Shown here: in pieces, positions 57,258 to 60,590 of the stretch
Layout: every line of letters begins with the position of its first letter
How positions within the stretch are numbered: position 1 is the stretch's first letter
NCBI GenBank assembly: GCA_947473325.1
Contig: CANJEJ010000005.1
Location: 1 to 60,590, forward strand
Direction of reading: 5' to 3'
Length of the DNA: 60,590 nucleotides
Origin: Alphaproteobacteria bacterium
GTDB lineage: Bacteria > Pseudomonadota > Alphaproteobacteria > SHVP01
Program-made: the position numbers and the translations under genes
Notes under the pieces: model-generated
Databases searched by the model: none
What the model was told of the DNA's origin: nothing
Seen by the model: the letters and a program-made list of their open reading frames with translations, nothing else

Positions 57258-58574
57258 TTAGTTGGCGGCCTGGAAGTCCTTCAGGAGCTTGTTGCCGCGG
57301 CTGACCGCGGTGTCCAGCGCCTGCTGGGCGGTCTTCTGGCCAGCCCAGACCGCTTCCAGCTCTTCGTCCACCACGTCACGGATCTGGACGAAATTCCCGA
57401 TGCGCAGACCCTTCGAGTTGATCGTCGGTGCGTTGAGCTGCAGCTGCTTGATGGCAATGTCGCGTCCCGGGAACTTCTGGTAGAAGCCCGCCTGCGCCGT
57501 GATTCCTTCGGCCGACGCGGTGATCGGCACATAGCCGGTTTCCTGGTGCCACTTCGCCTGCACGTCGCCACGCGACAGGAAGGTGAAGAACTTGGCAACG
57601 CCCTTGTATTCTTCCTTGGGTTTGCCCTGCAGTGCCCAGAGCGTGGCCCCACCGATGATCGAGTTCTGCGGCTTGGTATCGCCCCAGACCGGCATCATCG
57701 TCGTGCCGACCTTCTCCGCTCCCAATGCCTTTTCAATGGCCGCCGCGGATGCCGAGGACCCGATGTGCATGCCGCAATCCCCGCCGGTGAACATGGCGGT
57801 CGACTTGCCCTCGCGGCCGCCATAGACGAACACCTTTTCCTTGCTCCAGTCGGACAGTGCCTGGATCAGTGTGACACGCGCGGTGTCATTGAACTTCAAT
57901 TCGATATCGGTCGAGGCGAAGCCGTTTTCGCCCGTCGCGTAAGGCAGGTTGTGCCAGGCGCCGAAATTCTCGATCAGCGTCCAGGTCTGCCACTGCGGCG
58001 TGAAGCCACACTTGGCGCCGGAGGCGACAAGCTTCTTGCCCATTTCGCCGACGTCCTGCCAGCTGCGCGGGCCCTTGTTGGGGTCGAGCCCGGCCTTCTG
58101 GAACATCTCCTTGTTCCAGTAGAACACCGGCGTCGAGGAGTTGAAGGGCATGGACAGAAGCTTGCCGTCGGTCGTGGCGTAATAGCCGTAGACCGGGCCG
58201 ATATAGGCCTTGGGATCGAACGGCTCGTTCGCGTCAGCCATCAGCTGATGCACTGGATAGGTGGCGCCCTTGGCCGCCATCATCGTGGCCGTGCCGACTT
58301 CGAACACCTGCACGATGTGCGGATGGGCATTCTGGCGCGCACGGAAAGCGGCGATCGCCGCCGTGAGAGTCTCCGTGTAGGAGCCCTTGAAAACGGGAAC
58401 AACCTTGTAGTCGCTCTGCGACGCATTGAACTGCGCGGCGAGCTGGTCGACTGTTTCGCCGAGGTTGCCGCCCATGGCGTGCCACCACTGGATCTCGGTC
58501 GCGGCCAACGCGGCCTGCGAAGTCGCCAGCATGACGCCAGCGGCCACCGCCGCAAGAATTCGACTCATCTTCAT
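57258..58574 (-). CDS. ugpB: sn-glycerol-3-phosphate-binding protein
   Basis: TEIQWWHAM, QVFEVGTATMM, PFNSSTP, IGGATLW, WHQETGY. Confidence 0.93.
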   Translation of the reverse strand: MKMSRILAAVAAGVMLATSQAALAATEIQWWHAMGGNLGETVDQLAAQFNASQSDYKVVPVFKGSYTETLTAAIAAFRARQNAHPHIVQVFEVGTATMMAAKGATYPVHQLMADANEPFDPKAYIGPVYGYYATTDGKLLSMPFNSSTPVFYWNKEMFQKAGLDPNKGPRSWQDVGEMGKKLVASGAKCGFTPQWQTWTLIENFGAWHNLPYATGENGFASTDIELKFNDTARVTLIQALSDWSKEKVFVYGGREGKSTAMFTGGDCGMHIGSSASAAAIEKALGAEKVGTTMMPVWGDTKPQNSIIGGATLWALQGKPKEEYKGVAKFFTFLSRGDVQAKWHQETGYVPITASAEGITAQAGFYQKFPGRDIAIKQLQLNAPTINSKGLRIGNFVQIRDVVDEELEAVWAGQKTAQQALDTAVSRGNKLLKDFQAAN

Positions 58575-58636
58575 GTCGGATGTCCTCAGGAGAAGTCAGG
58601 AGTGACGGACTCCTAGGTGGTGAGCGCTTCATTTCG

Positions 58637-58664
58637 GTGACACTCGCATGACCGCCCGATGACG
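58637..58664 (-). promoter_or_regulatory. Pho box (PhoB) upstream of ugpB
   Basis: Minus strand CGTCAT-N5-GGTCAT-N5-TGTCAC, 11-bp periodicity. Confidence 0.6.
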
Positions 58665-58774
58665 ATGGCTCTCCCACAGAATCTCCTCCATCACGCAATG
58701 GTCATCTGCAAGTCACGGTGGAGTCACCCTTTCCCGATGTACTCCGCGCTTATCAATCAGCGCGGAAGACCGTC

Positions 58775-59572
58775 ATGACCCTGGAAGCCGTTGTCGCGTC
58801 CGCGAATTCACAGGATCCCCGCAACGAGGGCTGGCAGCGGCTGGTTCCCCTGCGCGGAGTCTCCAACCTGAGGGACCTCGGCGACTACATGACGGCCGAC
58901 GGCCGGCGCGTCCGGCGCGGCCAGGTTTACCGCTCTGCCGCCCTCGACAAGATCGACGACGCCGACATTGATGCCTTCCTGGCGCTCGGCCTGCGCACCA
59001 TCGTCGACTTTCGCTCGCCGCAGGAACGTGACGTGGCGCCCTATCGCCGGCCGGCAGGCTGCCAGGCTGCCGTCCACACGCTGGAAATCGTCTCCGGCGT
59101 CGGTCCCGCCATGCGCGACCTGATGCAGTCCGGCCAAGCAACACCAGACGCCTATCGCGCCCTGCTGATACAGGGCTACCGCGGCTATGTCCGCGATCAC
59201 ACCGAGTCCTACCGGGCGTTGTTTGCGCGCCTGCTCGATCCCACCGCCTATCCCGTGCTGTTCCATTGCTCGGCCGGCAAGGACCGGACCGGTATGGCCG
59301 CGGCACTGCTGCTGACGGCGCTGGGTATCGACTTCGACACCGTGCGCGCCGACTACCTGCTGACCAACGAGCACTGGCACGGCAATTCGCCTTTCGCGCA
59401 GTCCGCGCCACCCGATCTTGTGTCCACCATCATCCGCGCCGACGAGCGCTATCTCGACGCCGCCTTTGCGGCCATCGCCGAGGACCATGACAACGTCGAT
59501 GCCTTTCTCGAGAGCCGCCTCGGCGTCGATGCGCTCGGCCGGGCCGTCCTGCAGCACCTGCTGCTGGCCTAG
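58775..59572 (+). CDS. Protein tyrosine/serine phosphatase family (CX5R)
   Basis: NLRDLG, YRSA, IVDFRS, FHCSAGKDRTG, DYLLTN. Confidence 0.92.
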   Translation: MTLEAVVASANSQDPRNEGWQRLVPLRGVSNLRDLGDYMTADGRRVRRGQVYRSAALDKIDDADIDAFLALGLRTIVDFRSPQERDVAPYRRPAGCQAAVHTLEIVSGVGPAMRDLMQSGQATPDAYRALLIQGYRGYVRDHTESYRALFARLLDPTAYPVLFHCSAGKDRTGMAAALLLTALGIDFDTVRADYLLTNEHWHGNSPFAQSAPPDLVSTIIRADERYLDAAFAAIAEDHDNVDAFLESRLGVDALGRAVLQHLLLA

Positions 59573-59614
59573 AGCCGGCCGCGTCGACCGTTTGAAGCAA
59601 CAAGGGGAAAGTCG

Positions 59615-60590
59615 ATGAAGACTTGGCTGAAAGCGGCGTTGGCCAGCTTCGCCCTGATCCTGCCTGCGCTGCCGGCGGCGGCGCAGCAGAACGAACTCGT
59701 GTTCTACTACTACGCCATCGGGCCGCAGCAGACCGGCGCGATGAGCAGCCTCGTCAACAAGTTCCAGGCCGAAAACCCCGATCTCAAGGTGCGCGCCGTG
59801 GCCAAGAATGGCGCGACGCTGCAGTCCGAGATCAAGGTGGCGCTGGTGGCCGGGCAGGCACCCGATGTCGGCATGATCAGCTCGCAATCGATCGCTGAAA
59901 TGGTCGAGAACGCCAAGGCCATTCCCTTTGACAGCACGCCTGAGTCGAAGGAGTTCATGGATCGCTTCTACCCGACGCTGCGCAAGATCGGCGACTACAA
60001 GGGCCGCACCTACCTGATGCCCTTCGCCCATGGCATGGCGCTGCTCTACTACAACAAGGACCTGATGCAGAAGGCCGGCATCGCCACCACCGCGCCGAAG
60101 ACGTGGGACGACCTGCTGACCGCCGCCCGCGCGGTTCAGGACAAGACCGGCAAATACGGCCTTTATGCCCTGGGTTCCGACAACGACTGGTATGCCCAGA
60201 CGCTCATCATCGCCAACGGCGCCGAGATGCTCGATCCGGCCGGCAAGAAGTTCGTCTTCGACTCGCCCGAAGGTATCGCCGCCCTGCAGATCTGGCAGGA
60301 CGGGGTCCTGAAGCACAAGGTGCAGCCGGTGCTGCCGGTCGCCCAGGCAAGCCAGGCGTTTGCCAGTGGCAACCTCGGCTTCCAGGTTTACACGAGCGGC
60401 GCGCTGCTCTCGCTGACCGGCGATCGGAAGACACCGTTCGAGCTCGGCGTGGCGCCGATGCCCGTGTTCGGCAACCGGTCGCTGAAGCTGCCGAACAGCG
60501 GCGCCGGCCTGATGGTGTTCGCCCAGGATGCGGCGCGCCAGAAGAACGCATTCAAGTTCCTGGAGTTCATGTCACGGCGCGAGAACAGCA
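59615..60590 (+). CDS. ABC transporter substrate-binding protein (sugar/G3P family), truncated by the window end
   Basis: Translated by hand: MKTWLKAALASFALILPALPAAAQQ...KFQAENPD...LLYYNKDLMQKAG...PKTWDDL. Confidence 0.85.
   Translation, partial: MKTWLKAALASFALILPALPAAAQQNELVFYYYAIGPQQTGAMSSLVNKFQAENPDLKVRAVAKNGATLQSEIKVALVAGQAPDVGMISSQSIAEMVENAKAIPFDSTPESKEFMDRFYPTLRKIGDYKGRTYLMPFAHGMALLYYNKDLMQKAGIATTAPKTWDDLLTAARAVQDKTGKYGLYALGSDNDWYAQTLIIANGAEMLDPAGKKFVFDSPEGIAALQIWQDGVLKHKVQPVLPVAQASQAFASGNLGFQVYTSGALLSLTGDRKTPFELGVAPMPVFGNRSLKLPNSGAGLMVFAQDAARQKNAFKFLEFMSRRENS

Noticed and set aside
1-60590. Mobile elements, prophage, tRNA/rRNA, defence systems
   Set aside because: I recognised no transposase, integrase, phage, cas or restriction motifs and no tRNA/rRNA-like sequence by eye.

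Overview
GC-rich chromosomal window that looks alphaproteobacterial, probably Rhodospirillales-like. This is inferred from a ~25-kDa Caulobacter-type flagellin with a CtrA-like box, an orphan motA, a ChvI/ChvG-like pair and GANTC usage. It holds about 65 CDS, mostly mixed housekeeping and accessory metabolism: corA, a three-subunit Co-type nitrile/thiocyanate hydratase, two TerC proteins, sbtAB, SOD, sulfotransferase-cysD-cysNC, recX, queF, cobW, copZ, a stand-alone mreB paralog, a two-component system and ugpBAEC. I recognised no transposase, integrase, tRNA, rRNA or CRISPR array. The strongest unexplained signal is non-coding: 13 GANTC (CcrM-type) sites in 263 bp, most spaced at whole helical turns, directly upstream of a small histone-H1-like gene that ends in a structured 3' region and two terminators. 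Other notable items are a TerC-HemJ-like fusion, paired DnaA and NrdR-like boxes with no ribonucleotide reductase gene nearby, a structured leader before terC-sbtAB, a premature stop in a TTC38-like gene and CTAG-ended palindromic elements. All calls come from reading motifs by eye; no database searches were run.
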